From Promethearchaeota archaeon (GTDB lineage Archaea; Asgardarchaeota; Lokiarchaeia; Sigyniarchaeales; SOKP01), in NCBI GenBank assembly GCA_016930515.1, contig JAFGGO010000143.1, positions 1 to 15,871 of the forward strand: a stretch of DNA of 15,871 bases. Direction: 5' to 3'. Positions 8,035 through 15,871 of the stretch are shown in pieces; the stretch's first letter is position 1; each line of letters opens with the position of its first letter. Both the position numbers and the translations under genes were made by a program. The notes under the pieces are model-generated. The model was not told the DNA's origin, made no database searches, and worked only from the letters and a program-made list of their open reading frames with translations.

Positions 8035-9012
8035 TTAGAGAATTGTGAAAAATATTGCGATCGAAAATATTATTACAAGAATAAAAAACACGAAGCAGAT
8101 TGATAAAGGGATAATCATTATTATAGATCCGTATTTTGTTTTACGCAACTCGCTTCTTTTCAAGAATGTGTGGTAAAATACTAATGTAAAAAACACTTCA
8201 AAAGCAATAACACAAAACAATAAAATAAAATAAGAAATTTTATTTCCCCAGGCATCGGGCGCACCAACGATATTATAATGTATGGGGATAATGTCAGGAA
8301 GAAACAGATAAGAAACTATAATAAATAATACCGTTAAAGTTGATAAAATAATTGAAAAATAATAGATATTGCGGGAACGGCTTGCGTATTTTAAGGAATT
8401 CGATTCATCTTGTGTCAATAACTTTTCAGGATCAAATCTTGTTTCTTCAGCACTAGTACATCTTGATTTTAAAGCAGTTATAAAACCTTCTTCGTCTTTT
8501 GGAGACACACCATACACTCGTTCTGCTCCATTCGAATCTTTTCCTCGTAAGAGCACGAGCTTGTTCATCTTCGTGACAAACAATCGCACAGTTTCCAGCT
8601 TGCCATCGAAAAAAATCTTGAAATGTCCAGCTAAATATCCAGGAATTGCAACGCCGTTAGTCCGTATCCCACTCAATTTATATGAATTTGGTTTGCCCAA
8701 AACCGATACCGTGTTATACACTACTGAGGATTTATAAATCCCACTTTTCAATAAAAGCCGATCTTCGAGAAACTCGTATTTCATATTGTAATAACCGAGA
8801 CCAAAAACCCCAAATATGATAAACATGATTGATGTGATTATCAAGAGTACGATAAAGGTAACGACTTGATTCATTACAAGGACAATTATAAGGTTTACCA
8901 TGAGAATGATCAATAGTATCAAGAAAAAGGTTGAAAAACAAAATCCGCCTTTAGATTTTTCTGGACGAAAAATATTTTGTGTTAATGATGCGTTTTGTAC
9001 CATTAAATGCAA
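8035..9012 (-). CDS. Membrane protein: two N-terminal TM helices, a bacterial-PH-like soluble domain and a C-terminal DUF1648-like TM module
   Basis: GIRTNGVAIPGYLAGHF and YGVSPKDEEGFI resemble the bacterial PH (bPH_5-like) domain. LPDIIPIHYNIVGAPDAWGNK resembles DUF1648. About five hydrophobic segments. Start uncertain by a few codons. Confidence 0.75.
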   Translation of the reverse strand: MHLMVQNASLTQNIFRPEKSKGGFCFSTFFLILLIILMVNLIIVLVMNQVVTFIVLLIITSIMFIIFGVFGLGYYNMKYEFLEDRLLLKSGIYKSSVVYNTVSVLGKPNSYKLSGIRTNGVAIPGYLAGHFKIFFDGKLETVRLFVTKMNKLVLLRGKDSNGAERVYGVSPKDEEGFITALKSRCTSAEETRFDPEKLLTQDESNSLKYASRSRNIYYFSIILSTLTVLFIIVSYLFLPDIIPIHYNIVGAPDAWGNKISYFILLFCVIAFEVFFTLVFYHTFLKRSELRKTKYGSIIMIIPLSICFVFFILVIIFSIAIFFTIL

Positions 9013-9053
9013 TAAATGATCTTAGAAAATTAAAGGATGTGTATTAAATAGTT

Positions 9054-10136
9054 TTAGGAATTCGTGTCAAGATTTTTTTTTAATTCTTTCCTTATCTTGT
9101 CTAATTTCTTGTCCTTTATCCAATAACGAATCTTGGAAGATTTTAAGAGCGCTTGGACCTTTTCGTTTAGTTCAGATAATTTCTGTCTGTCTTCATTAGT
9201 CAATTGTGGGATTTCTTCTTCAATTTTTTCCTTTATAGCTTCTACTTCCTTTTGAACTTGAGGAATTTTTAACGGTACCTTTCCATAAATCAATCTTTTT
9301 CGTAAAATCTCCTTTATGTATTTTATCCAAGCTTGAATCCACGGGTAGTTTCCTGATTTCTTGGGATCTAGTATTTTAATTGACTTTCTTTCGACTTCGA
9401 TCAAATCGTCTGGACACGAGTTTTCGCACGCACCACAATAAAAGCACGCCTCTTCGTTACACGCTATTTTACCGTATTTAATGACGTCTTCAGCGCTTTC
9501 AGGGATGAAAAAAGAGCGAGTTGGACAAATCAGCACGCACGCCTTGCATCCAGCAGGATCGCACTTGTGGAGCTTGCTTTTCTTGATCCGTACCTTTCCT
9601 TCGATAGGAGACGCTATTTTGAAACATTTAGTGGGGCATTGTTCTTGAATCAAGTAATAATCCTTGACATGATGTCTTTCCCTGACGCTCAGGCAAAGCT
9701 TGCAGGTTTCGTTCTTGAGGTCCTCGATACATTTAGTAGTGTCAATTTCGTAAAATTTATCGATAGTCGGATATTGATCCATAACAATTTGGTCGGTAGG
9801 TGTTATATTTTCATGAAAGGCGTCGTTCGGGCACACCACGGCACATAGCATACAATAACAACACTTTTCGTGGTCAATAAGCAGTTTTGGATTTGAATCA
9901 TCTATAATTCCTTGAATAATTTCAGGAATTGGTCCGAGATCAATTGCGTCGACGGGACAAGCAAGCTTGCATAAAGAACACCCAATGCACTTGTTTATAT
10001 CGTACGTGAGTTTTTTGTTAACATCTCCGAACGCCCAGTTCAGCACGAACCTATCAGGTTCTATTTCCAAATCCTTTTTTGCCATTTCTTTTATTTCTTT
10101 AGTGGCTTCAGTCTCATCTCGTGCATCTTCGATCAT
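9054..10136 (-). CDS. 4Fe-4S polyferredoxin, FwdF-like (formylmethanofuran dehydrogenase subunit F family)
   Basis: CIGCSLCKLACP, CCYCMLCAVVCP, CDPAGCKACVLICP and CFYCGACENSCP, plus one stretched motif C..CKLC...QCP. The AIDLGPI..I segment after the first cluster is typical of FwdF. Confidence 0.8.
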   Translation of the reverse strand: MIEDARDETEATKEIKEMAKKDLEIEPDRFVLNWAFGDVNKKLTYDINKCIGCSLCKLACPVDAIDLGPIPEIIQGIIDDSNPKLLIDHEKCCYCMLCAVVCPNDAFHENITPTDQIVMDQYPTIDKFYEIDTTKCIEDLKNETCKLCLSVRERHHVKDYYLIQEQCPTKCFKIASPIEGKVRIKKSKLHKCDPAGCKACVLICPTRSFFIPESAEDVIKYGKIACNEEACFYCGACENSCPDDLIEVERKSIKILDPKKSGNYPWIQAWIKYIKEILRKRLIYGKVPLKIPQVQKEVEAIKEKIEEEIPQLTNEDRQKLSELNEKVQALLKSSKIRYWIKDKKLDKIRKELKKNLDTNS

Positions 10137-10312
10137 CGTTCACACATTCGATTCTTTGTTAAAACTATTTTTTCTTACCCTTGTAAATCTTAAAAAGTAT
10201 AAAAATTTAGTCTGATCTCAATTTTAGGAAAATCATCAAAGGATTTTATTTCTCTAAATTGCATAGTTAAGAGCTATAATTATCTCTAATATTTTTTGAG
10301 ATCGTATAAACT

Positions 10313-10810
10313 TCACGAAAAATAACTCAAGCTCTCTTTATCAAAATCCTTGATGTAATCTACTGTTAACCCGCGAGGATTTAATTCTGGAGGCGCGTAG
10401 ATAAAATTTAAATCCGGGAAGAAAGCACCGATTCCCTTCTCCGCTAAAATTAAGGCGGGATCTCCTTTTTTAAAGAGTTGCTTGCTAACTTTTAAAGTTA
10501 CGTCGCGGCAATCATTTTCGTCAAGAACGCCAAGTGAATGTATGTATTCGTGAAGGAGTATGTGATACGTATAGGCTCTTACTATGTGTTGAGGTTGCTT
10601 TTGGAGCAAGATTTTTAAGGCTGTTTCGTTCATGTAAATATCCGTTCCAGGAGACACATGCAATCCACCAATAAAACCACCTTTGTACATTCCCATCTTG
10701 ACGAGCCCTAATGTTAATCCCGATCGATGCTTCTTAAGTACTCTTTTCACATCCATTTTGACCTTCTCAAAAATTTCTGGAATTTCCTCTTTGAGATCCT
10801 TAAAATTCAA
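10313..10810 (-). CDS. Small HEXXH zinc metallopeptidase-like protein (minigluzincin/SprT-like fold predicted)
   Basis: HILLHEYIHSLGVLDE (H87-E88-H91, candidate third ligand E98). TTG start preceded by an SD-like GGGGTGA. Confidence 0.75.
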   Translation of the reverse strand: MNFKDLKEEIPEIFEKVKMDVKRVLKKHRSGLTLGLVKMGMYKGGFIGGLHVSPGTDIYMNETALKILLQKQPQHIVRAYTYHILLHEYIHSLGVLDENDCRDVTLKVSKQLFKKGDPALILAEKGIGAFFPDLNFIYAPPELNPRGLTVDYIKDFDKESLSYFS

Positions 10811-10848
10811 AAATTATTTCACCCCTTTATATAAAACAAAATAATTTA

Positions 10849-11658
10849 TTAAAAACTGAAAAACCAATCATCGTCCTCTTCGTATAGAAACCCCATGAGT
10901 TTCGATAGATCCCGAAGGAGTGGTTGAACAGAAACTCTATTAATAGCGCGTAAATCATTGTCCATATCGGAGGAAAACAAGTCGTCTAACAAGCTATCGA
11001 TGTTTATCTTGTCAAAATATTTTTCTGGGTTGAAAAACAAGGTAAACATGATCTCTTCTCCAAGGTTGAGGCTTTTCTTAACTAATTTTTCCTTGTTCCT
11101 CCTCTGACGAATGGTTTCTAAGAGTCGATTTTTAAAGCGTTCGTCCATAAGGTTTTTCAATTCAATTATGCAACATTGCTTTTTTTGGAGTAGATCGTTC
11201 CTCTCGCTTTCCAAGTCGTTTATATCGTTTTCAATTAGCTTGATCGTTTCGCCCAAGAATTTTATTTTTTCCTCTGGTTTTTTTATACTCGTATAATCTC
11301 GCGAAAATTCTGTATTTTGAAGAGTTGTTGTTGGTATTGCTTGATTTAGAACATCTTTTGTTGCGTACTTGATGTTATAATAGTCTGGACTTATGTCTAT
11401 TCTCACTAAAATGTCCTTTTTAATCCGATACTTGCTTTTTTTTGGATTCTTATCAATGTCTTCTATAAGTCCATTTTCTTCTAGGAGTTTCAACTGGCTA
11501 TGTACGGCTTGTCTTGAAATATTCAAGCTATTTGCTAATTCAGAGGCAGAGTGAGGCACTTTCGAGAGTTTGGAAAGCAACATCCTCCTCGTGGGATTTC
11601 CAAGCATTTCCAACAACAGATCAAGTTGCATGTTTTGACTCGTTTCTTCAACCGTCAT
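10849..11658 (-). CDS. ArsR-family winged-helix regulator with a coiled-coil extension, Phr/HSR1-like heat-shock repressor
   Basis: LGNPTRRMLLSKLS...ASELANSLNISRQAVHSQLKLLEENGLI wHTH. Heptad-like IKLIENDINDLESERNDLLQKKQ segment. Located in the hsp20-cdc48 run. Confidence 0.85.
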   Translation of the reverse strand: MTVEETSQNMQLDLLLEMLGNPTRRMLLSKLSKVPHSASELANSLNISRQAVHSQLKLLEENGLIEDIDKNPKKSKYRIKKDILVRIDISPDYYNIKYATKDVLNQAIPTTTLQNTEFSRDYTSIKKPEEKIKFLGETIKLIENDINDLESERNDLLQKKQCCIIELKNLMDERFKNRLLETIRQRRNKEKLVKKSLNLGEEIMFTLFFNPEKYFDKINIDSLLDDLFSSDMDNDLRAINRVSVQPLLRDLSKLMGFLYEEDDDWFFSF

Positions 11659-11706
11659 TTTCTAATTCACTCCTTTTAAATTTTTTAAAATAAAATTGTT
11701 AAAATT

Positions 11707-13929
11707 TTATCGATAGAGATCTTCTGAAGCTTCTGTAATTCGTTGCTCCGCTTTCATTGCCCTATCTGCCGTGTTTTTAACTTTTTCTATCGACTTATCA
11801 AACGCTTTTTTATTGACCTTGACTATTTTCACGGATTCGGGATCGCTCGTATCGATATTTGGATTCGCAACGGCATCTCTAATAGTTAACAAGATAGCTT
11901 CCTCGCAGATTGCTTCTATATCTGCGCCTGTATAACCCTCCATATCTTCTGCCATCTTATCGAGGTCTATTTCATCGTCTAGTGGTTTCTTTTTAAGATG
12001 GATTTCGAATATACTCTTCCTAGATTCTTTGTCCGGTTTCGGAATTTCGATGTGCCTTCCAAACCGTCCCGAACGCAGCAACGCTGGATCGAGCATGTCG
12101 GGTCGATTGGTTGCGGCCAACAATATGACATCCTTCAAACCTTCCAGGCCGTCCATTTCGGTAAGCAATTGGGATACGACTTGTTCGGTTACCTGCGATC
12201 CCGCGTGAGAACCTCTTAATCCCGCAATTGCGTCTATTTCGTCAAAGAAGATTATGCAAGGCGCTGCGGCGCGAGCTTTTCTAAATGTTTCTCTCACTGC
12301 TTTTTCGCTCTCTCCAACCCATTTCGATAAAAATTCGGGACCTTTCACGGATATAAAATTAATCTCTGACTCGTGTGCTAATGCTTTTGCGATTAATGTT
12401 TTTCCAGTACCAGGCAGACCATATAAAAGTATGCCGTTAGGAGGATTTGAGTTTAAGTGTGCATAAAGCATAGGATATTTCAAGGGCCACTCGATTACCT
12501 CACGGAGTTGTTGCTTGGCCTCCTCTAAGCCCCCCACATCATCCCATGTCTCTGTTGGTTGGATTATCAATACCTCCCTTAAAGCAGAAGGTTCAATGCT
12601 GCTTAAGGCTGATGTAAAATGGTTCATTTTAATTTGGATGTCATTAAGCACTTCGTTGGGAATAGGCTTGTCTAAATTTATTTGAGGCAGGATTTCTCTA
12701 ATCGAAAGCATCGCAGCCTCTTTAGCTAACGCTTCAATATCGGCTCCTACAAAACCATGCGTTTTTTCGGCAATTAGTTGCAAGTTAACGTCCTTGTATA
12801 AAGGCATGCCTCGAGTGTGTATGAGCAAGATCTCGTAGCGCCCATCGGTATCGGGAACGCCTATCTCTATTTCCCTGTCGAACCTTCCAGGTCGTCTCAG
12901 AGCCTCGTCAATGTCGTTAACCCTATTCGTGGCACCTATAACGATTATTTCGCCCCGTCCTTCAAGACCATCCATGAGCGAGAGCATCTGGGCCACGACT
13001 CGCCGTTCTACTTCACCCGTTACTTCCCCACGTTTCGGAGCTATCGAATCCAATTCGTCTATGAATATAATTGAAGGAGCCATTTCTTTAGCTTCTTCGA
13101 ACTTCTTCCGTAAATTCTCTTCGCTTTGTCCATAAAACTTGCTCATGATCTCAGGACCACTAATAGTTATGAAATGAGCATCTGTCTCGTAAGCCACGGC
13201 TCTTGCAAGTAATGTTTTACCCGTTCCGGGAGGTCCGTGGAGTAAAACGCCCTTTGGTGGATCGATACCTATTCTTTTAAAGAGTTCGGGATGTCTTATT
13301 GGTAATTCTATCATTTCTCGGATTTTCTGTATTTCTTCAGCAAGACCTCCTATATCCTCGTATGTAACTCGAGATTTTTCTAATTCTTTAATTTCCTTAT
13401 GACTTTTTTCAGAAAGATAGATTTTAGTATCGGCGAGAATCCGTACGGCTTCTGCTTTAGGCGTGTAATCAACAACTATGAGGTCGACCCTCCTACCCAT
13501 TGCGTAAAAGCTAAGAATATCGCCTTTAGTAATCACGCGATTTTCGAGCTTTCGAGCTAGTTGCTGCGTGTTCCTCACAATGACAGTTTCCTCCAAACCT
13601 GCGAATGTGATTTTAGTAGCTTCTTCAGCTTTAATTCTCCTTATCTCCACGATGTCGTCGAGCGATGCGTTTAAGTTTCTTCTTAACGATTGATCAATTC
13701 GTATAGAGTTGGTTCCTTGATCTTCGACTTTTCCTGGATATAACAAAGCAGCAGTGGTTTTCTTCGCTATGGGGTGATAGATCTCAATTACGTCTCCATT
13801 TCTCAGATTCATTTCTTCTATCAAGTCGGGATCGATTCTGATTCGACCTCGTCCAGCGTCTTCTTTCAACGCATCTTTCACTCGCGCTTTATGTCCGTCA
13901 AATCTATTATTATCGTTTCCGTCCATCAT
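11707..13929 (-). CDS. cdc48: CDC48/p97/VAT-family double AAA+ ATPase
   Basis: N-domain ([10 protein letters not shown]). D1 [21 protein letters not shown] and D2 [20 protein letters not shown]. Pore loops KFYG and KWVG. C-terminus EDLYR. Confidence 0.97.
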   Translation of the reverse strand: MMDGNDNNRFDGHKARVKDALKEDAGRGRIRIDPDLIEEMNLRNGDVIEIYHPIAKKTTAALLYPGKVEDQGTNSIRIDQSLRRNLNASLDDIVEIRRIKAEEATKITFAGLEETVIVRNTQQLARKLENRVITKGDILSFYAMGRRVDLIVVDYTPKAEAVRILADTKIYLSEKSHKEIKELEKSRVTYEDIGGLAEEIQKIREMIELPIRHPELFKRIGIDPPKGVLLHGPPGTGKTLLARAVAYETDAHFITISGPEIMSKFYGQSEENLRKKFEEAKEMAPSIIFIDELDSIAPKRGEVTGEVERRVVAQMLSLMDGLEGRGEIIVIGATNRVNDIDEALRRPGRFDREIEIGVPDTDGRYEILLIHTRGMPLYKDVNLQLIAEKTHGFVGADIEALAKEAAMLSIREILPQINLDKPIPNEVLNDIQIKMNHFTSALSSIEPSALREVLIIQPTETWDDVGGLEEAKQQLREVIEWPLKYPMLYAHLNSNPPNGILLYGLPGTGKTLIAKALAHESEINFISVKGPEFLSKWVGESEKAVRETFRKARAAAPCIIFFDEIDAIAGLRGSHAGSQVTEQVVSQLLTEMDGLEGLKDVILLAATNRPDMLDPALLRSGRFGRHIEIPKPDKESRKSIFEIHLKKKPLDDEIDLDKMAEDMEGYTGADIEAICEEAILLTIRDAVANPNIDTSDPESVKIVKVNKKAFDKSIEKVKNTADRAMKAEQRITEASEDLYR

Positions 13930-14033
13930 ATTTCTGTTAATCTCCTAAATTAAGTTCAAAAATACTTTTCATTGTTCTTTTTAATATCATGAATTTTCTC
14001 ATTGTATGTGTTAAAGGTAAGGCTCTTATTTAT

Positions 14034-14633
14034 TTATTCACTCCTCGATACCTTAATAATAATCAAACCGTTGTTTAATTCCACTGAAATATCGTTATTT
14101 GTAGATTTATAGGGTATTTGTATGTCTTTCAAATACGATTTATCGTCCTTTTCAGCATAGAAAGACAATATATTATTTATTTCGTCGAAATCAGTTGAGA
14201 TTTGGTCCTTTTGAATACCAGGGATATCAATGATTATTTCCGTAAACGAGTCGAAATCATTAATTTCAGTATAAGGTTCGCGAACATTAAAATCGCTTCG
14301 ATTATCACAATCTTCCAATACGAAATCGCTAGCATCAAGGGATCTTTTTTGCTCTTGAGGGTTAGTCTTATTTAATTTAGCTCTTCTCTTATTTGAATTT
14401 TTTATTAAATTTTTTAAATCCCGTTCTTCAATATTTTCTTCAATTTTTATTTCGGGATCCTCCTTTCCTTCTTCGAAATGATATGAAACCTTGAATCCTT
14501 TTGGATTGTTCTCAAACGTGTTAGTTTCGGGGAATATGAACACATCCAAATCGAAATTTTCTGCCCCTACCTTAAACAATTTTCGAATTCTATTAATAAA
14601 ATCGTCAATATCGCTCGACACTTTTTTCACCAA
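14034..14633 (-). CDS. hsp20: Small heat-shock protein (Hsp20/alpha-crystallin domain)
   Basis: REPYTEI...IIIDIPGIQKDQI...NNGLIIIKV alpha-crystallin pattern, directly upstream of cdc48. Start is TTG (14633) or the next codon GTG. Confidence 0.82.
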   Translation of the reverse strand: MVKKVSSDIDDFINRIRKLFKVGAENFDLDVFIFPETNTFENNPKGFKVSYHFEEGKEDPEIKIEENIEERDLKNLIKNSNKRRAKLNKTNPQEQKRSLDASDFVLEDCDNRSDFNVREPYTEINDFDSFTEIIIDIPGIQKDQISTDFDEINNILSFYAEKDDKSYLKDIQIPYKSTNNDISVELNNGLIIIKVSRSE

Positions 14634-14639
14634 TGTTTG

Positions 14640-14691
14640 TATTTATGTTTTGTCAACCTCTAATTTACATAAATAAATTTACGTTTAAAAA
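14640..14691 (-). promoter_or_regulatory. Candidate hsp20-cdc48 promoter/operator: nested inverted repeats downstream of a TATA-like box
   Basis: TATTTATGT (14640-48)/ACATAAATA (14667-75) perfect 9-bp IR. Inner imperfect palindrome TGTCAAC-N5-ATTTACA (14651-69). TTTTTAAA on the minus strand at 14684-91. Confidence 0.5.
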
Positions 14692-14773
14692 TGTATTGGT
14701 TTTATAAAATAATAGAAAATACTACTAATTTTAGCACAAATGCATGAAGAGATATACTAAAAATGTATAGTTG

Positions 14774-15832
14774 TTAAGATTTGATCTCTTGCCTTACTTC
14801 TTGTATGGCTTTAAAAGTAGTTGATAGAAGCTCAAAGGCAACTTCGGGAGGCTTCCAACCAGACAAACCGCAGTCAGGCCCCACATATCTGAGTCGATCT
14901 CTGTAATGACTTAATGCATCAGAAAGATTTTTTTTAATAACTTCCTTGGAATCAATCAAGCTCTTAACGCCTTCTATAGTCTTTAATTCATCGTAGGAGA
15001 CTCCAGAGTCCATTTTCTCAGCCATTATGCTATTAATATTCGTTCTTGTAATACCTACTCGCATGAATTTATCGTATTGGTCGAGTTCTCGCTTGGGAAT
15101 TTTGTTTTTTTTATCTGAGGCGTATTCACAAGTAAGAACATCAATATTCTTCGTTTGAAGGGGGACCTGAGCCAAGTTAAGAGTATGTAAGTGAATTTGA
15201 CTGGTGGCGCTTATGTTTTCCAGTGATTTATCAAAAATCGATGCTATTTCGTCATTATTAATGTTTGCAAGGTCAACATATCCGAAGGAAGGTTCGTCTA
15301 TCGATACGATGGAAGTTTTCATGTATTTAGTGTTAATGATCGAGTTTTTAAGGAATAAATTAACTGATTTTGCGTAATTCAGAGCCATATCTTGATACAC
15401 GGTAAATCCGTGTTTTTTCAAGTACAGTTCAATAGGCCCTGTAATGCAAATTTTCACCTCTATTTTTTTTCCTTCCTTTTCATAATTTTCTTTCGCAAAT
15501 TTCTCAAGCACAAACATTTCTGGGATGAAGGCTTTATCTGATTCCACGAGTCCAGGTTCTTTCTCGTAATCTACGATTGGCTGTAAAAATTGGTTATACA
15601 TATCCATGTGTTGGGGAAAATTGATGATTTCGACTCCCGCTTTCAACTTGTACTGAAAAGATTGAAGAAAAGGACTTATAAAATAATTATAAATGCCTCG
15701 ATTTTCAAATATATCAGATTTTTTAACAAGTGCCTTGTAGGCAATCCAATAATACTTGCTAAAAGCTTCTAGATCAATACTTTCAGAGAGCGGAAAACTT
15801 CCAACATCATCGTATTTAGGAAATTCAGTCAT
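14774..15832 (-). CDS. Core (folate-domain-lacking) methionine synthase, MetE C-terminal-barrel type, probably MesC-like
   Basis: YDDVGSFPL, KICITGPIEL, SIDEPSFG, QIHLH, CEYA and GPDCGL motifs. At 352 aa it is about half the length of MetE. Confidence 0.8.
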   Translation of the reverse strand: MTEFPKYDDVGSFPLSESIDLEAFSKYYWIAYKALVKKSDIFENRGIYNYFISPFLQSFQYKLKAGVEIINFPQHMDMYNQFLQPIVDYEKEPGLVESDKAFIPEMFVLEKFAKENYEKEGKKIEVKICITGPIELYLKKHGFTVYQDMALNYAKSVNLFLKNSIINTKYMKTSIVSIDEPSFGYVDLANINNDEIASIFDKSLENISATSQIHLHTLNLAQVPLQTKNIDVLTCEYASDKKNKIPKRELDQYDKFMRVGITRTNINSIMAEKMDSGVSYDELKTIEGVKSLIDSKEVIKKNLSDALSHYRDRLRYVGPDCGLSGWKPPEVAFELLSTTFKAIQEVRQEIKS

Positions 15833-15871
15833 CGTAATAAATCATAATAAACCATTAAAGAAAAAAATTAG

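Noticed and set aside
8369-15772. Short overlapping ORFs inside the membrane protein, polyferredoxin, ArsR, cdc48, hsp20 and methionine synthase genes
   Set aside because: Antisense or alternative-frame shadows with no motifs.
1-15871. CRISPR array, rRNA, or intact transposase/integrase (including an att site at the tRNA 3' end)
   Set aside because: No regular repeat-spacer units, no recombinase motifs, and no second copy of the tRNA 3' end seen by eye.

Overview
AT-rich archaeal chromosomal window, most consistent with an Asgard archaeon (Lokiarchaeia-like). This placement is inferred from gene content and motif style, not from a search. Left to right: the 5' end of a secreted/surface protein (-, not in the ORF track), a ~1 kb gene-poor spacer, argG (-), two stand-alone CheY-like receivers, an ADP-ribosylglycohydrolase (+), an archaemetzincin (-), a cytoplasmic multi-PAS histidine kinase (+), and a tRNA-Pro(UGG) with a 37-nt intron at the non-canonical D-arm position 21/22 inside a complete bulge-helix-bulge motif. 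A long minus-strand run follows, in transcription order: core (MesC-like) methionine synthase, Hsp20, Cdc48/p97, Phr/HSR1-like ArsR regulator, small HEXXH zinc protease, FwdF-like polyferredoxin and a PH-like/DUF1648-like membrane protein. The strongest leads are (i) a putative proteostasis operon coupling Cdc48 (eukaryote-like DLYR HbYX tail) to an HEXXH protease with a SprT/Wss1-like active-site helix, behind a palindromic operator candidate, and (ii) the D-arm tRNA intron, which looks like a duplicated copy of the tRNA's own D-arm. No CRISPR array, rRNA or intact mobile element was seen.
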